The notes under the pieces were generated by a model. The model had not been told where the DNA came from and ran no database searches. It saw only the letters and a program-made list of their open reading frames with translations. Below are positions 33,134 to 47,586 of a stretch of DNA of 64,000 nt, one piece after another. This stretch comes from Eledone cirrhosa (taxonomy: Eukaryota), in contig OZ024742.1 in NCBI GenBank assembly GCA_964016885.1, forward strand, positions 132,556,001 to 132,620,000, given 5' to 3'. The translations under genes and the position numbers were made by a program. Positions within the stretch are counted from its first letter, which is position 1. Each line of letters begins with the position of its first letter.

Positions 33134-33892
33134 AGGAAGTTATAGTTCACTTGAAGCATTGTGTAATGAGGTATAAGCGTTTGTATAATAAAGCCAAAAC
33201 AATGCAGGTATGGACATAGAATAAAGAATGCAAATGCAAAAGATATTGTTGACAATCAGTATTTTACCTTAGATTTATTTTAATGTCCTTAATATTCGAG
33301 AAAATATCTCTTCTTCGGAGGGATGTAAAGCGGTTACACCCGTGTTCTAAATAGCTTGCCAAGTCAGGCTGACAGGAAATGGTATAGAGTATCTGTTCTA
33401 TCTCTAATATCAAAGAGTTAAGGTTAGAGTTCTAAATTGGCAAGCTATTTAGAACACTGGTTTAACCGCTTTACTTCTCTCCGAAGAAGTGATATTATCT
33501 CAAAAATTAAGGACATTTAAATAAATCTAAGGTAAAAGACTAATTGTCAACAATATCTTTTGCATTTGCATTCTTTATTCTATGTCCATACCTGCATTGT
33601 TTTGGCTTTATTATACATATACAAACGTTTATACCTCATTACACAATGCTTCAAGTTAACTATAACTTCCTCCTATATATATATATATATATACATACAT
33701 GTGGCACCTTAGTAAAATCGAAGCCTTTACTGTGAGCGAGCAAAAGTCGACCTACAATATGAATCAGTTAGCAAACCAATAATGGTAGATCCTTAGAGTA
33801 ACAACATAAGTTTAAATAGCTTGATAAATTGAACATTGTGGTAGGCAAAACACAACACACAATACCAAAGCAACGATGAAACAAACAGATTA
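33040..33892. mobile_element. Fold-back element (arms 33040-33363/33436-33735)
   Basis: Identical reading frames appear on opposite strands; the arms differ in substitutions and internal TA length. Confidence 0.75.
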
Positions 33893-33894
33893 TT

Positions 33895-33941
<47 letters not shown>

Positions 33942-34048
33942 TTATATATATATATGAGGTGATTCCGTCTGAAAAGTCCAAGAAAAAAGAGTGCTCTATG
34001 TAGGTAACAGAGCTTAATAGTTATGTAATAAACAACATAAGGCAATTA

Positions 34049-34107
34049 TTCCATTTACCAGTGGTTTCTTAAAAGCAAAAGATTTTGTTTCAATCCTCAG
34101 AATGAAA
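34049..34107 (-). ncRNA. Type I hammerhead ribozyme
   Basis: ttcatt CTGAGGA ttgaaa-caaaa-tc-ttttg-c-ttttaa GAAA cca-c-tgg TA aatgga; decayed paralogue at 35309-35368 (CTGTAGA, GUG). Confidence 0.8.
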
Positions 34108-34268
34108 AAATCCTGGTCTGTTTATTGAATTTCGATTTTAAAAAACAAAAATACAATCTATATGAAAGTGAGGCTGGAGAAAGAAGAAGGAAAGGAAAAA
34201 TAAAATAAAACCACACATGCAAACACACATACACACACACACACAATCATACATACACACACACACAC

Positions 34269-34321
<53 letters not shown>

Positions 34322-34564
34322 CACTCATACATACACACACACACATATATACACACATATATGTGTATATAAATACACACATACACATACATATACACAT
34401 ATATACATACGCACATAGATATCAACACATTCATACATACATATACATATATACAACCACACACACATGTATACACACATACATAAATATATAAACATAA
34501 ATATACATATATATACATAAATATACATATATATATACATATCTATATATATATACATATATGT

Positions 34565-34599
<35 letters not shown>

Positions 34600-34998
34600 T
34601 GTACAAGCATACACATACACAAACATAGCCATACGCACATACATATACATACATACATACATGCACACAATCATACATATATACACACGTACATACACAT
34701 ACATAAATGCAGTCCTCTACATATTCACACACGCAAATAAGTATCAGAAAAAATATATATAAAAAAATAAAAAATATTATAGAGTTGACAGCGATACAAA
34801 CAGCGGGTAGATGAACAGACACGCGTGGTAAGTAATACACAGAAATGCACGTATACATAGGTAAGAAATAGTGAATACATACACACACTCTCACACATAA
34901 ATATACATAAACACATACATACACCTACACAAATACATGCACAAACGCGCACACACACACGTATACAATTATACACACACTTATATACACACACACAC

Positions 34999-35033
<35 letters not shown>

Positions 35034-35154
35034 AATATAAAATACACACACACATATATATGCATACATACACACACACATATACATACATAGCTATACA
35101 ATTATACACATACAAATACATACATATCATAAACACGCACAACCAAATACAAAC

Positions 35155-35187
<33 letters not shown>

Positions 35188-35636
35188 CGTACATACACAC
35201 ATACATGTGTGTGTGTGTAAAACTCAGTCTTAGATAATTCATATGAACCTTACATATACATATATATAGTAGTAAAGTAGTAAAGTAATAAGCAACATAA
35301 GGCAATTATTCTATTCACCAGTGGTTTCTTAAAAGCCAAAAACATTTGCCTTCCATCTACAGAATGAAAAAAAAACCTGGTCTATCTACATATACATATA
35401 TATACACACCCATATATATATATATATGCATATATATATATATATACACATAAATATACATACACATACATATATGTATGTGAAGGGCAAGGCATAAAGA
35501 ATATATAGCGGCGGGAAGACATAGGAAAAGGTGAAATATAAGGGGAGATAAGGGAGAAACATGTATACAAGAGTACAGAACGTAGATTCAGCAAAATAAA
35601 AAAAACCGTAGCAGAAGTAAAGAGCAGGAAAGGAGT

Positions 35637-36098
35637 TCAAGGCGATTGATTTATCATAGGAGTGTCAAACCAGTTACAGATCAGATGCGATTTCAGATGA
35701 GGACAGTATCTGAAGATCTCAGTCTTTGAGTTAAGGCAAGCGGAAGTGGCTCTCAAGTTTAGCAAAATCCTATATTTTTCTGTGGTACACAAATAACAAT
35801 TCTTTGTGCCCCTTTGGTACTCCCTCGAATGGTCTAATATAGAGCAATCGATAGAGTACGGGATGTTACTATCCTTGAATTCCCACACCTTACTTGCGAT
35901 GGCCGTTGATGTTCGTTTATCGGAGTGCTTAAAAGAAGCCACATGTGAGTAAAATCTGGTTTTCAACCTGTCCTGGGTCATACCGACATATCGCTCACTC
36001 CTGGCTGACTGGTTGTTGATTACCGGTGTTATTTTAGCCTCATAAACAACAGATTTGGTGTTACATTTACCCTGCAATGGGCATTCATCCGGCTTCCT
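35637..36098 (-). pseudogene. GIY-YIG endonuclease domain of a PLE (frame intact, 5' truncated)
   Basis: RKPDECPLQGKCNTKSVVYEAKI..RYVGMTQDRLKTRFYSH..CYLCTTEK..LNSKTEIFRYCPH. Confidence 0.9.
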
Positions 36099-37019
36099 GG
36101 AAGGTATCTATATTTGAAGTTCTAGTTAAAATTTAATTGGTTACCTACCTAGCTATGTGTGCTTACAGACTTTACACATTATTCCCTGTAATTGTTTCAT
36201 ATGTTTATTTTATATATATGTATCAATCTATTTCTAGTTGATATAAAATGCTCGGATCTATTCATTGGAATCTTTGAGCTTATTCTGCTGTGGATATGGC
36301 GCATGTCTATGAGACATGACACCCTCAATTTAATTTTGGATATATATATTTATACATAGAAAAAATGTGGTAATGAATTTTTAAATTAACAAATTCAGCT
36401 TACAATTTTCTTATATGAATAATACCTTAATACAATGAGCAAATAATCTTCTTGACAAGAAACAGAATTACCATCTAGTCGTTTGATTATGGTAAGATAA
36501 CGGAAATAATTCGGCAGACCCACTTTGGTATATTCACAGATGTCTAGCCGACAAGATGTGTGAATTTGACTTTTCCAAGCGAGAAAGCTTTTCATCTTTT
36601 TCCGTCTGCAGGGGCTCATACGCCCGAATGTTCAAACATGAGAATAACGGTCCACACTCCCATACTTCTATGTTTTACATAACAAGAGATATGTACATTT
36701 GAGAGGTGTTAGAAAACACGTCATCATCAAATGGAATTTCATGACTTGGGTGACATATAATCTCTGTGCGTGAGATATGGCTTGTATATATTCCGCCAAC
36801 AATATAGTTCGTTAATTGCAGTGATGAAATATAACACTGATTGCGGACCTATTTTAACTGTGGATACACCTCGATTTTACTCGAGATCTACAAACACACT
36901 CAAACACAAACACACACACACACATACACACACACACACACACACCGACACACACACAGACACACACGCGCGCAACCGTGTGTGGGCGCGCATGTTTGTG
37001 TGACCAAACCAATTCCAGT

Positions 37020-37320
37020 TGCATAAGTTAACTTTGCCTTTCATCCTTACGGGGTCGATAAAATGAAGTACCAGTAATACACTGAGATAATTGCTGGCCT
37101 TGTGCCAAAAGTAGAAACAATTATTTAGGGCGGTGGATTGGCAGTATCGGTAGAGGATCATATGCCATGCTTTTCAGCACAGTTACGTTCCTTTACGGAC
37201 TGAGTTCAAATCCCGCCGAGGTTAACTTTGCCTTTCATCCTTACGGGGCGATAAAATGAAGTACCAGTAATACACTGGGATAATTGCTGGCCTCGTGCCA
37301 AAAGTAGAAACAATTATTAA
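37020..37320 (+). mobile_element. tRNA-derived SINE (37128-37320) preceded by a partial copy
   Basis: A box tggcagtatcgg, B box gagttcaaatcc, body ctttgcctttcatcctt..gataaaatgaagtaccagt. Confidence 0.85.
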
Positions 37321-38073
37321 GCTAGAATGGTAAACAGAACTTAGTATGTTTCAGAATCATTGTGAATATTTAAAATTTGCAAATATGTTTGACTTAGGAA
37401 TGAAACCGACAGAATGCATTCAACTATAGTAGATAAGTAAATTGGGTAAATTTGTCCAGGAGACGGAAGAAATTAAATAGAATTTATTGTGAAAATTTAC
37501 ACGAATCCTTTGCTGAATAAAATAAACAAAGACACTTCTGTTATCCCATGAAGAGACTTCATATCAGTTTAAATCGATCTACAAGGGCACAGACCTTAAT
37601 ATCGTACTGAGTGGGGGGAAGTCGTCTAATCGGCCTAAGGAACAATGTTCTCCATTGCTCTTTAAATCAGGACAGCTTTTTGTTATTGTGAAAAAAATTT
37701 AAAACACCCGTCACCTGTTCGTCAATAAACTTAACATATGCTATTAGAAGTAAACGATGGGACGAATATGACATATAGAAATAATACTTGCTCTCAGAAA
37801 CAGAATACATTTCCAGCGTCAAATCATATGGGATCCCAATATATTCAACTTATTGGATATATTTAGACATATGTGCAACAAACAAATGCTCAAAATTCCA
37901 GCCCGAATCCAGTTGAATAATGGAGATATATCTATAAAGAAACACAAATCACGACTGAATAAGCATTAAGGTGATCCAGGGACAAACAAATATGCATGTA
38001 GATGTTGTTACTTCTATGACTTGGAATACTGAATACATATACAGATCATCAATTTTGGAATATCACATAACAC

Positions 38074-38710
38074 CTTCTTCTTCTTCTTCTTCTTCTTCTT
38101 CTTCTTCTTCTTCTTCTTCTTCTTCTTCTTCTTCTTCTTCTTCTTCTTCTTCTTCGCCCACGTATTACTGAGGACATCGTGAGGGCAGAGTCCCCAAGCA
38201 CGTCTATCAGTCAGTTTCTTTTGTCAAAAATATCTGTCGTGAGTTGATCCGGCTGGAACCCCAAGTGAGACCATCAGAGCTCATGGATGTTATCCAACCG
38301 TGTTGCTCAGGGTCTACTTCTCGGCTTCCTGCCAGTTGTTTTGCCCGTAAAACCTGTCAAACAATATTTTCTGCGATAATTTCCTGAAACATTCTAACCA
38401 CAGACCTGTAGTGCCGGAGCTGCGATCTCTCAGTCCGGAGAAGTAGCAGGTCTAGATGTAGAGACTCGTTGATCTCCGAGTAACTCCCTCTATTTAGTAA
38501 TCTTACGCCCAAACCCTTCGGTTGATCCCTATATAGACAGCTTGTTTTCGAGATCGTATACCTTCAGTAATTACTCAAGTTCAGGTCCATATGTAAGGAA
38601 TGGCACGAATACAGAATTGAAGATTTTGTTTTTACACTTACCTCCCTTCTTCGGATGACCGATGCTGAAAGCTGAACCTGGCGCATTATGAAACAAGCTA
38701 CTGCATGACA
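38074..38710 (-). mobile_element. Decayed RTE-like LINE 3' end with (AAG)n tail
   Basis: IFNSVFVPFLTYG, QLRHY and GRKPRSRP-like peptides abutting (TTC)n at 38074-38155. Confidence 0.55.
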
Positions 38711-38970
38711 AATTGATTTTTGACGCATTAATTTTTTGAATTGTTTCGTAATTTTTTCAATTGTTCACGTGGGCTGTTGTAAACTGAAAACAGCTGAAAA
38801 CAGTTTTGTAAAACTGATTTCGTTTGCCTATGATCGAAGAGTGAAAAATAAAATTCATGAAATTGTGAAACCAGTTAAGTTGATATAAATAAATCATTCT
38901 ACTGAATACATTTGCATTTACCTCTTTTCTATCTAGCAATCCATCTATCTATCTATCTATATATATATTC

Positions 38971-39116
<146 letters not shown>

Positions 39117-39285
39117 TTGGGTATGTTTGCTGCGCAGTTTCAAAGAATGCTACATCGTAGTGATATGATTTTACGGTGATTATTATAAATATAAACATAT
39201 ATTTATACACATTGTTTATATATGTAGAAGTGTGTGTATTTTTATGTTTGCATGTGCGTGTGTTGCTATACAAGCGTATTATTTT

Positions 39286-39476
39286 CAGGCGGTGGATTGG
39301 CAGTATCGGTAGAGGGTCGGACGCCATGCTTTCCAGCATAGTTACGTCCCTTTTCGATCTGAGTTCAAATCCCGCTGAGGTTGACTTTGCCTTTCATCCT
39401 TGCGGGGTCGATAAAATAAAGTACCAGTAATGTACTGGGTAATTGCTGGCCTTGTGCCAAAGGTAGCAACAATTAT
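39286..39476 (+). mobile_element. tRNA-derived SINE (octopus type)
   Basis: A and B boxes plus the same body as the 37128 copy. Confidence 0.85.
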
Positions 39477-39732
39477 TTTCATGTATATGTATGTGCGTAT
39501 GACAGTGTGGTGTGTTTTAGTACAGTATTGAAAATATAAATACATCATCTTACACGCAAAGGCCCTCTCTCGAGGGAAAATATTTCGACAACTCCATCTG
39601 AAACACAACAGAAACATCATTGAAAATTTGCATGAGAAACAAGCATGTAAATTAACAAAACTCCCTCAAAAATTCAGACACATGCACAAACACACACACA
39701 CACCCACCCACACACATACACACACAGACACA

Positions 39733-39769
<37 letters not shown>

Positions 39770-40458
39770 CTATATATATATGCATATATACACATATATA
39801 TATATATATGTGTGTATATATGCGGCATGAAAACTATAAACTGAGTCCCCCTGCCTTAACCATGACCACCCGTTGGGCAGGCGGTATAAACAAACATCTG
39901 TGAACCAAATGTACATCACAGACCCTGCTCGAACAAGCATTAGTGAAGCAACACCCACTATATAATAAATGTGTATCCCAGACCCGACTGGAACTGGCAC
40001 TAGTGAAACAAAACCCATAATATAAAAATGCAAAACACCATCATATGAACAGGTATAAAAGAACAAGTGGGACTAGATTGTTTGAACACCGGCCAGAGTT
40101 ACTCCCCCTGCTCTGCGATAATAACAGCACATGCACGTAGACGAAGAATGAACTCTGATGTGAATTTAACCGTGAAATACCTCCTGGGTCGTGTATAGAT
40201 CATTTTTTTGTTTTCCATGCCCTTGATAAACCCATTCCGGGCGAAACCTACATAGGTGCACTTTTATATAAACGTTTTAACGGTTTTAAACTCCTTGTAT
40301 TCATTTCTTTTATAATCGCTCTGCTTATTTTTTCTCGCCCATTAAATATTGACGCTTCTAATATTTTACCCTGTAGGCACGATTATTGAGCACATCTGCA
40401 CAAACTATTGGCAACTAAATATATGTATCTTTCCTTTTTTCTCTCTCTCGATACTTAA

Positions 40459-40521
<63 letters not shown>

Positions 40522-40522
<1 letters not shown>

Positions 40523-40683
40523 ATTGTTTCTACGTTTGGCACAAGTGCATTAATGGTACTTTATTTTATCGACCCCTTAAGGATGAAAGGCAAAGTTAAC
40601 CTCGGTGGGATTTGAACTCAGATTGGCAAGGGCCGTAACCCTATGCGTCAAAGCATGGCGTCCAACGCTCTACCGATACTGCG
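40522..40683 (-). mobile_element. tRNA-derived SINE
   Basis: Reverse complement of the same family. Confidence 0.8.
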
Positions 40684-40852
40684 TAATATAATATATGTCG
40701 GTATTTCTGTGTGAAGTAAATTAGAATAATTGAAATATGCATTGATTATTATTATGTATGTTTACATCCATTCCATTCGTCGTCATTTTCATCTCATCTC
40801 TCATCTTAGAACTCTCAGAATTACGTTCTTTTCCGTATATAGATATATATAT

Positions 40853-41087
40853 AAACGGAAAAAATGAAACGAAATTTTATTTCCCACTCTTAGTACGGCT
40901 GTTACTTAAATATAAGTATGTACACGTACATACATATATGTATATACAGACATACAGTAGTATGTATATATATATATATATATACATATATGCACACATA
41001 TATATATATGTACGTATAGATTCACCGAACATTTATTATAATGCTCGGTGTGTTTGTAAACAAACATCGCGCATTAAGCCATATTAA

Positions 41088-41090
<3 letters not shown>
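40853..41090 (-). mobile_element. Family C 3' end fragment, truncated before the HHR
   Basis: Homologous to 28747-28940. Confidence 0.75.
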
Positions 41091-41141
<51 letters not shown>

Positions 41142-41149
41142 CATATATT

Positions 41150-41867
<718 letters not shown>

Positions 41868-41881
41868 TATGTATATATAAA

Positions 41882-41919
<38 letters not shown>

Positions 41920-42079
41920 TATATATATACAGTATTTTCCGTTGTGTTGTAATATAAATATTACACACAGTAGATTATCAGCTCACGTAGAGTTTGCTCG
42001 ACGGTTCCAGTTGTAGTTCCAAAAGTAATCCGGAGAAAAATAGAAAGATTTGAATGGATACAGTTTAGTTGAAAGGAAT

Positions 42080-42199
42080 TTATTGACACGTGTTTCTATA
42101 ACAGTTACATAACCTAAAACAGCTGCTATCTACAAACTTTTAATTATGCAGACATTCAATATTTCAATGTTATTATTTACTGTCATTTCATCAGAATAA
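42080..42199 (-). ncRNA. Type I hammerhead ribozyme (left arm)
   Basis: ttatt CTGATGA a-atgacagt...actgttat-a GAAA cacgtg TC aataa. Confidence 0.8.
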
Positions 42200-42761
42200 T
42201 ATTACTGAGGACCTATTTAGTATTTATAGAGAATATTAGGAGGGAGGGGTGAGGTTGTTAGAAGAATAGTTGAAGGAGTGGTTTTTCGATGGCAGTGAGA
42301 ATTCTTAGTGGCAGTGAGTAATTAGATTCCCATCTGTTGTTTTGACATTTTTTATAGAATATATTATTGGTTATTTTTCTAAATCTATAGAAGGATTAGA
42401 GATAGTAAAGATATGCGTGGTTGGTTTTGTGTTTGCACTTAATTAACATTCAGACTTAAATTTTTCTTTCAAGTGTACGTATCCTTTCACCCACGCATTC
42501 ACACACAAATATATTTGCACACCTCTACAAAATACATATACTCACAATTCACATATTCATACTTACATATATATACACATGCATACACATATATATACAC
42601 ACATGTATTCATGTACATACATACACGCTCATGTGTATACATTTTCATACTCAACTTATCTTTATATACACACGTATAGACACACACATATATACATACA
42701 TACTCTAGTCCATGTGTACACACATACACATACATACACATCTATATACACATATATACAT

Positions 42762-42810
<49 letters not shown>

Positions 42811-43057
42811 ATATATATAAGCACTTTAATACATGAATACACTTACATCTAATTATACACATCAAACATATATATATATATTTACTTATTTATATACATT
42901 TTCACATATATATGCATACTTATGGACGTTTTTAGACACATTCATTATCGCATATTTGCACCTATTCTCATCAGCATATCTTTCCATTATTAGTGTGGTA
43001 ATTTAAGGTTATTAATATATGTTGAGAAGAGATTGTTTTTATATTTTTCTAACTAGA

Positions 43058-44384
43058 TTAAGGTTTATATAGTTGGGGGATGTCCCTCTTTTTTGTAATA
43101 TTCGGCTTGTAGTGGGAAAAAAGGGTTTTAGTTCTGTGACGGCAGAATAATGTTCGTTCGATTCTGTTATTCAGCAGTTTCTTCTTGTGTGTGATTATGT
43201 AATAAATCTCAAGATTACACAATTTGCAGAAATTTTGGCTCCTGGAAAAGCTTTGGGTTTTAGCTAATTTCTCCCATTTTAGGGTAAACTTTTGATCGCT
43301 ATCCCTGAGCGTCCAAGCTTTTTCTGCTAAAGTTGTTACATTTCTTTGGCTCTGGTGTTTTATTGAGTAAGAATGCCTATACAATCGAGATTTAAACGAT
43401 ATTGCCGTTGATCCCACGTAATACCACTCGTTGCCTCCGGATTTAATGGTACACTTATAAATAATATTTTTTTCCAGGCAGTTATTGCCGAGGGGGCAGT
43501 TGTCAGGATAGGTGCAGTTACAGTTGTGTACGTTGTGTTTTCTCTGGAGTAGTATTGCGGACGAACTTAGGTGTGGTTTATTTATGTTTTGTAGTGTATT
43601 GTCTACTGTTTTTTTTGTGTTCTTTGTACTTAAGTTTTTAGTGTTTTCGTTTAACCTTCTAGTATTGATCTTTTTTATGTGTTGTTCAAGGTTTAACGCT
43701 GTAGAGTATGACAGTCTTATAGTGGTAGGGTTTAGGATTTTGTGGTATTTGTGTGATGTAGGAAAATGTCTTTTAATTATTTTAAAGAAGAGTACTGGTA
43801 AATTTGTACTAATGGAACTATTGTATTCGGGGTTATACCAAAAGTACTCTTTGCATCGCTCTCTATTAGTTTTGTTTGTTGGTTTACTGGTGTGCATACT
43901 ATGGTAGTAAGTGTGGTTTGGTGTTGTGTTATTATATCTACCTATGTGGGATTTATTTTGGGTGTTTTGATTGTTCCCATCTATGTACTCTATTTTGTTG
44001 AGGTAGCCTGCTTTACTAAGGGCGTTATCGTAGTACTCGGCGTGTTCCTTAAATACTTGTATGTTAGAAGATAGACTCGAGATTCTAAGGGAAATATTTT
44101 TAGGGATAGATTTAATTATAGAGATGGGGTGGTTAGACCCAACATTTACGTATTTGAGATTTTCATTCAATTTATGAAACGGTTTAATCAAACCAGAGTT
44201 TAAATTGAGTGTGACATCCAGGAAGTTAACTACTTTAAGGTTGTATTCATATGTTATAGTTAGTCCTATTTCGAGTAGTAGTTTTCTTATATCTTTGCGT
44301 AGTTTTTCTAGTTTTTGGTTATTAAGGTTTTTAGCTAGGAGAAGAACATCGTCGCGGTATATTCCGCCGTGGAGATTGCTGAAA
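43058..44384 (-). pseudogene. Inverted copy of the RT C-terminal half plus GIY-YIG EN (open frame, no own start)
   Basis: GGIYRDD..NFLDVTLNL..CNCTYPDNCPLGNNC..YYVGST; the ORF N-terminus is read-through across the inversion junction. Confidence 0.9.
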
Positions 44385-44592
44385 TTCGGTTTTAGGACTT
44401 GTAAAAACCCACCCACCAACCCACTATTAGATGCATTTGAGCAGGACCTTATGAACTTAATCCTTAAAATTAAATTCAAGGAACGCAACACCAACAGCAA
44501 ATTACAAAAAGATATAAAAAAAACTACTGGACGACCTTAAAAACACCAAAGGAATTGTAGTAAAAGCGGACAAAACATCAAACCTGTACACT

Positions 44593-46563
44593 ATGGATTG
44601 CACTACATACAACAACTTCATTCGAAAAGAATTACATAAAAAATATAGAAAAACGAGTGAAGTAACCCTTAAGCACATCAATGATGAGGCATGCGAAATA
44701 GTGAAAAATCTCGGAATCGAAGATAGGACAGGACCACTCTTACCGGCGGTACCCACCTTCAATCTTAAGGACCACAAGGTAAACTTTGATAATGACCCTA
44801 AGATTAGATTAATCTGCCCCTCTAAATCAGATATAGGTAAAATAAGCAAACCCTCTAAATCAGATATAGGTAAAATAAGCAAATATATCTTATATAGAAT
44901 CATCCCCCAAATTAAGGCTAAGGTTAACATTAAACTCTGGGGGAAGACCCAAGAAGCAATAAGATGGTTTAATAGCATTAGCAATAAGAATAAATCTAAG
45001 TTTATCCAGTTTGATATCGATGAATATTACTCATCGATACCACCTGAAACTTTGAACAGAGCCATTAAGTTTGCTAAGGATAACTCTGACCTTACAAACG
45101 ATGAAATTAAGATTATATTAGAAGCTAGGAAAACTATAGTCAAATTTGAGAACAGTTATTGGGTACGTAAAGATAGACCCTCTAACTTTGACATAACAAT
45201 GAGCTCTAACGATTCGGCGGAAATAACTGATATTGTGGGGTTATTTATCGCCTTTAGACTCCAGGAAAAATTCAGCAATCTCCACGGCGGAATATACCGC
45301 GACGATGTTCTTCTCCTAGCTAAAAACCTTAATAACCAAAAACTAGAAAAACTACGCAAAGATATAAGAAAACTACTACTCGAAATAGGACTAACTATAA
45401 CATATGAATACAACCTTAAAGTAGTTAACTTCCCGGATGTCACACTCAATTTAAACTCTGGTTTGATTAAACCGTTTCATAAATTGAATGAAAATCTCAA
45501 ATACGTAAATGTTGGGTCTAACCACCCCATCTCTATAATTAAATCTATCCCTAAAAATATTTCCCTTAGAATCTCGGGTCTATCTTCTAACATACAAGTA
45601 TTTAAGGAACACGCCGAGTACTACGATAACGCCCTTAGTAAAGCAGGCTACCTCAACAAAATAGAGTACATAGATGGGAACAATCAAAACACCCAAAATA
45701 AATCCCACATAGGTAGATATAATAACACAACACCAAACCACACTTACTACCATAGTATGCACACCAGTAAACCAACAAACAAAACTAATAGAAAGCGATG
45801 CAAAGAGTACTTATGGTATAACCCCGAATACAATAGTTCCATTAGTACAAATTTACCAGTACTCTTCTTTAAAATAATTAAAAGACATTTTCCTACATCA
45901 CACAAATACCACAAAATCCTAAACCCTACCACTATAAGACTGTCATACTCTACAGCGTTAAACCTTGAACAACACATAAAAAAGATCAATACTAGAAGGT
46001 TAAACGAAAACACTAAAAACTTAAGTACAAAGAACACAAAAAAAACAGTAGACAATACACTACAAAACATAAATAAACCACACCTAAGTTCGTCCGCAAT
46101 ACTACTCCAGAGAAAACACAACGTACACAACTGTAACTGCACCTATCCTGACAACTGCCCCCTCGGCAATAACTGCCTGGAAAAAAATATTATTTATAAG
46201 TGTACCATTAAATCCGGAGGCAACGAGTGGTATTACGTGGGATCAACGGCAATATCGTTTAAATCTCGATTGTATAGGCATTCTTACTCAATAAAACACC
46301 AGAGCCAAAGAAATGTAACAACTTTAGCAGAAAAAGCTTGGACGCTCAGGGATAGCGATCAAAAGTTTACCCTAAAATGGGAGAAATTAGCTAAAACCCA
46401 AAGCTTTTCCAGGAGCCAAAATTTCTGCAAATTGTGTAATCTTGAGATTTATAACATAATCACACACAAGAAGAAACTGCTGAATAACAGAATTGAACGA
46501 ACATTATTCTGCCGTCACAGAACTAAAACCCTTTTTTCCCACTACAAGCCGAATATTACATAA
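44593..46563 (+). CDS. PLE (Naiad-like) reverse transcriptase-GIY-YIG endonuclease, 656-aa open frame, N-terminally truncated and probably inactive
   Basis: KADKT just upstream; FIQFDIDEYYSSI; FDITMSSNDSAE; YRDD; WYNPEY; RLSYST; CxC-x5-CPL-x3-C; IIY..YVG; CxxC; homology extends to about 44385 via a frameshift in an A-run near 44520. Confidence 0.93.
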   Translation: MDCTTYNNFIRKELHKKYRKTSEVTLKHINDEACEIVKNLGIEDRTGPLLPAVPTFNLKDHKVNFDNDPKIRLICPSKSDIGKISKPSKSDIGKISKYILYRIIPQIKAKVNIKLWGKTQEAIRWFNSISNKNKSKFIQFDIDEYYSSIPPETLNRAIKFAKDNSDLTNDEIKIILEARKTIVKFENSYWVRKDRPSNFDITMSSNDSAEITDIVGLFIAFRLQEKFSNLHGGIYRDDVLLLAKNLNNQKLEKLRKDIRKLLLEIGLTITYEYNLKVVNFPDVTLNLNSGLIKPFHKLNENLKYVNVGSNHPISIIKSIPKNISLRISGLSSNIQVFKEHAEYYDNALSKAGYLNKIEYIDGNNQNTQNKSHIGRYNNTTPNHTYYHSMHTSKPTNKTNRKRCKEYLWYNPEYNSSISTNLPVLFFKIIKRHFPTSHKYHKILNPTTIRLSYSTALNLEQHIKKINTRRLNENTKNLSTKNTKKTVDNTLQNINKPHLSSSAILLQRKHNVHNCNCTYPDNCPLGNNCLEKNIIYKCTIKSGGNEWYYVGSTAISFKSRLYRHSYSIKHQSQRNVTTLAEKAWTLRDSDQKFTLKWEKLAKTQSFSRSQNFCKLCNLEIYNIITHKKKLLNNRIERTLFCRHRTKTLFSHYKPNIT

Positions 46564-46830
46564 AAGAGGGACATCCCTCAACTATATAAACCTTAATCTA
46601 GTTAGAAAAATATAAAAACAATCTCTTCTCAACATATATTAATAACCTTAAATTACCACACTAATAATGGAAAGATATGCTGATGAGAATAGGTGCAAAT
46701 ATGCGATAATGAATGTGTCTAAAAACGTGCATAAGTATGTATATATATGTGAAAATGTATATAAATAAGTAAATATATATATATGTTTGATGTGTATAGT
46801 TAGATGTAAGTGTATTCATGTATTAAAGTG

Positions 46831-46888
<58 letters not shown>

Positions 46889-47466
46889 ATATATATATAT
46901 GTGTATGTATATATGTGTATATAGATGTGTATGTATGTGTATGTGTGTACACATGGACTAGAGTATGTATGTATATATGTGTGTGTCTATACGTGTGTAT
47001 ATAAAGATAAGTTGAGTATGAAAATGTATACACATGAGCGCGTATGTATGTACATGAATACATGTGTGTATATATATGTGTATGCATGTGTATATATATG
47101 TAAGTATGAATATGTGAATTGTGAGTATATGTATTTTATAGAGGTGTGCAAATATATTTGTGTGTGAATGCGTGGGTGAAAGGATACGTACACTTGAAAG
47201 AAAAATTTAAGTCTGAATGTTAATTAAGTGCAAACACAAAACCAACCACGCATATCTTTACTATCTCTAATCCTTCTATAGATTTAGAAAAATAACCAAT
47301 AATATATTCTATAAAAAATGTCAAAACAACAGATGGGAATCTAATTACTCACTGCCACCAAGAATTCTCACTGCTATCGAAAAACCACTCCTTCAACTAT
47401 TCTTCTAACAACCTCACCCCTCCCTCCTAATATTCTCTATAAATACTAAATAGGTCCTCAGAAATA

Positions 47467-47586
47467 TTATTCTGATGAAATGACAGTAAATAATAACATT
47501 GAAATATTGAATGTCTGCATAACTAAAAGTTTGTAGATAGCAGCTGTTTTAGGTTATGTAACTGTTATAGAAACACGTGTCAATAA
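47467..47586 (+). ncRNA. Type I hammerhead ribozyme with long stem II (right arm)
   Basis: ttatt CTGATGA a-atgacagt...actgttat-a GAAA cacgtg TC aataa, about 900 nt downstream of the ORF stop. Confidence 0.8.

Larger units (their letters stand above)
33955..36100 (-). mobile_element. 5'-truncated Naiad-like PLE with two HHR-bearing repeats in its 3' region
   Basis: EN ORF plus direct repeat 34030-34120/35290-35382. Confidence 0.8.

Noticed and set aside
33285-33505. CCGAAGA hammerhead-like motif in both arms (a similar one lies at 25653)
   Set aside because: GAAA and stem I pairing are incomplete in every copy, so it is too weak to call; it could be a decayed U4C variant
44385-44500. N-terminus of the 480-aa minus-strand ORF as a novel domain
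   Set aside because: Antisense read-through of the plus-strand RT across the inversion junction
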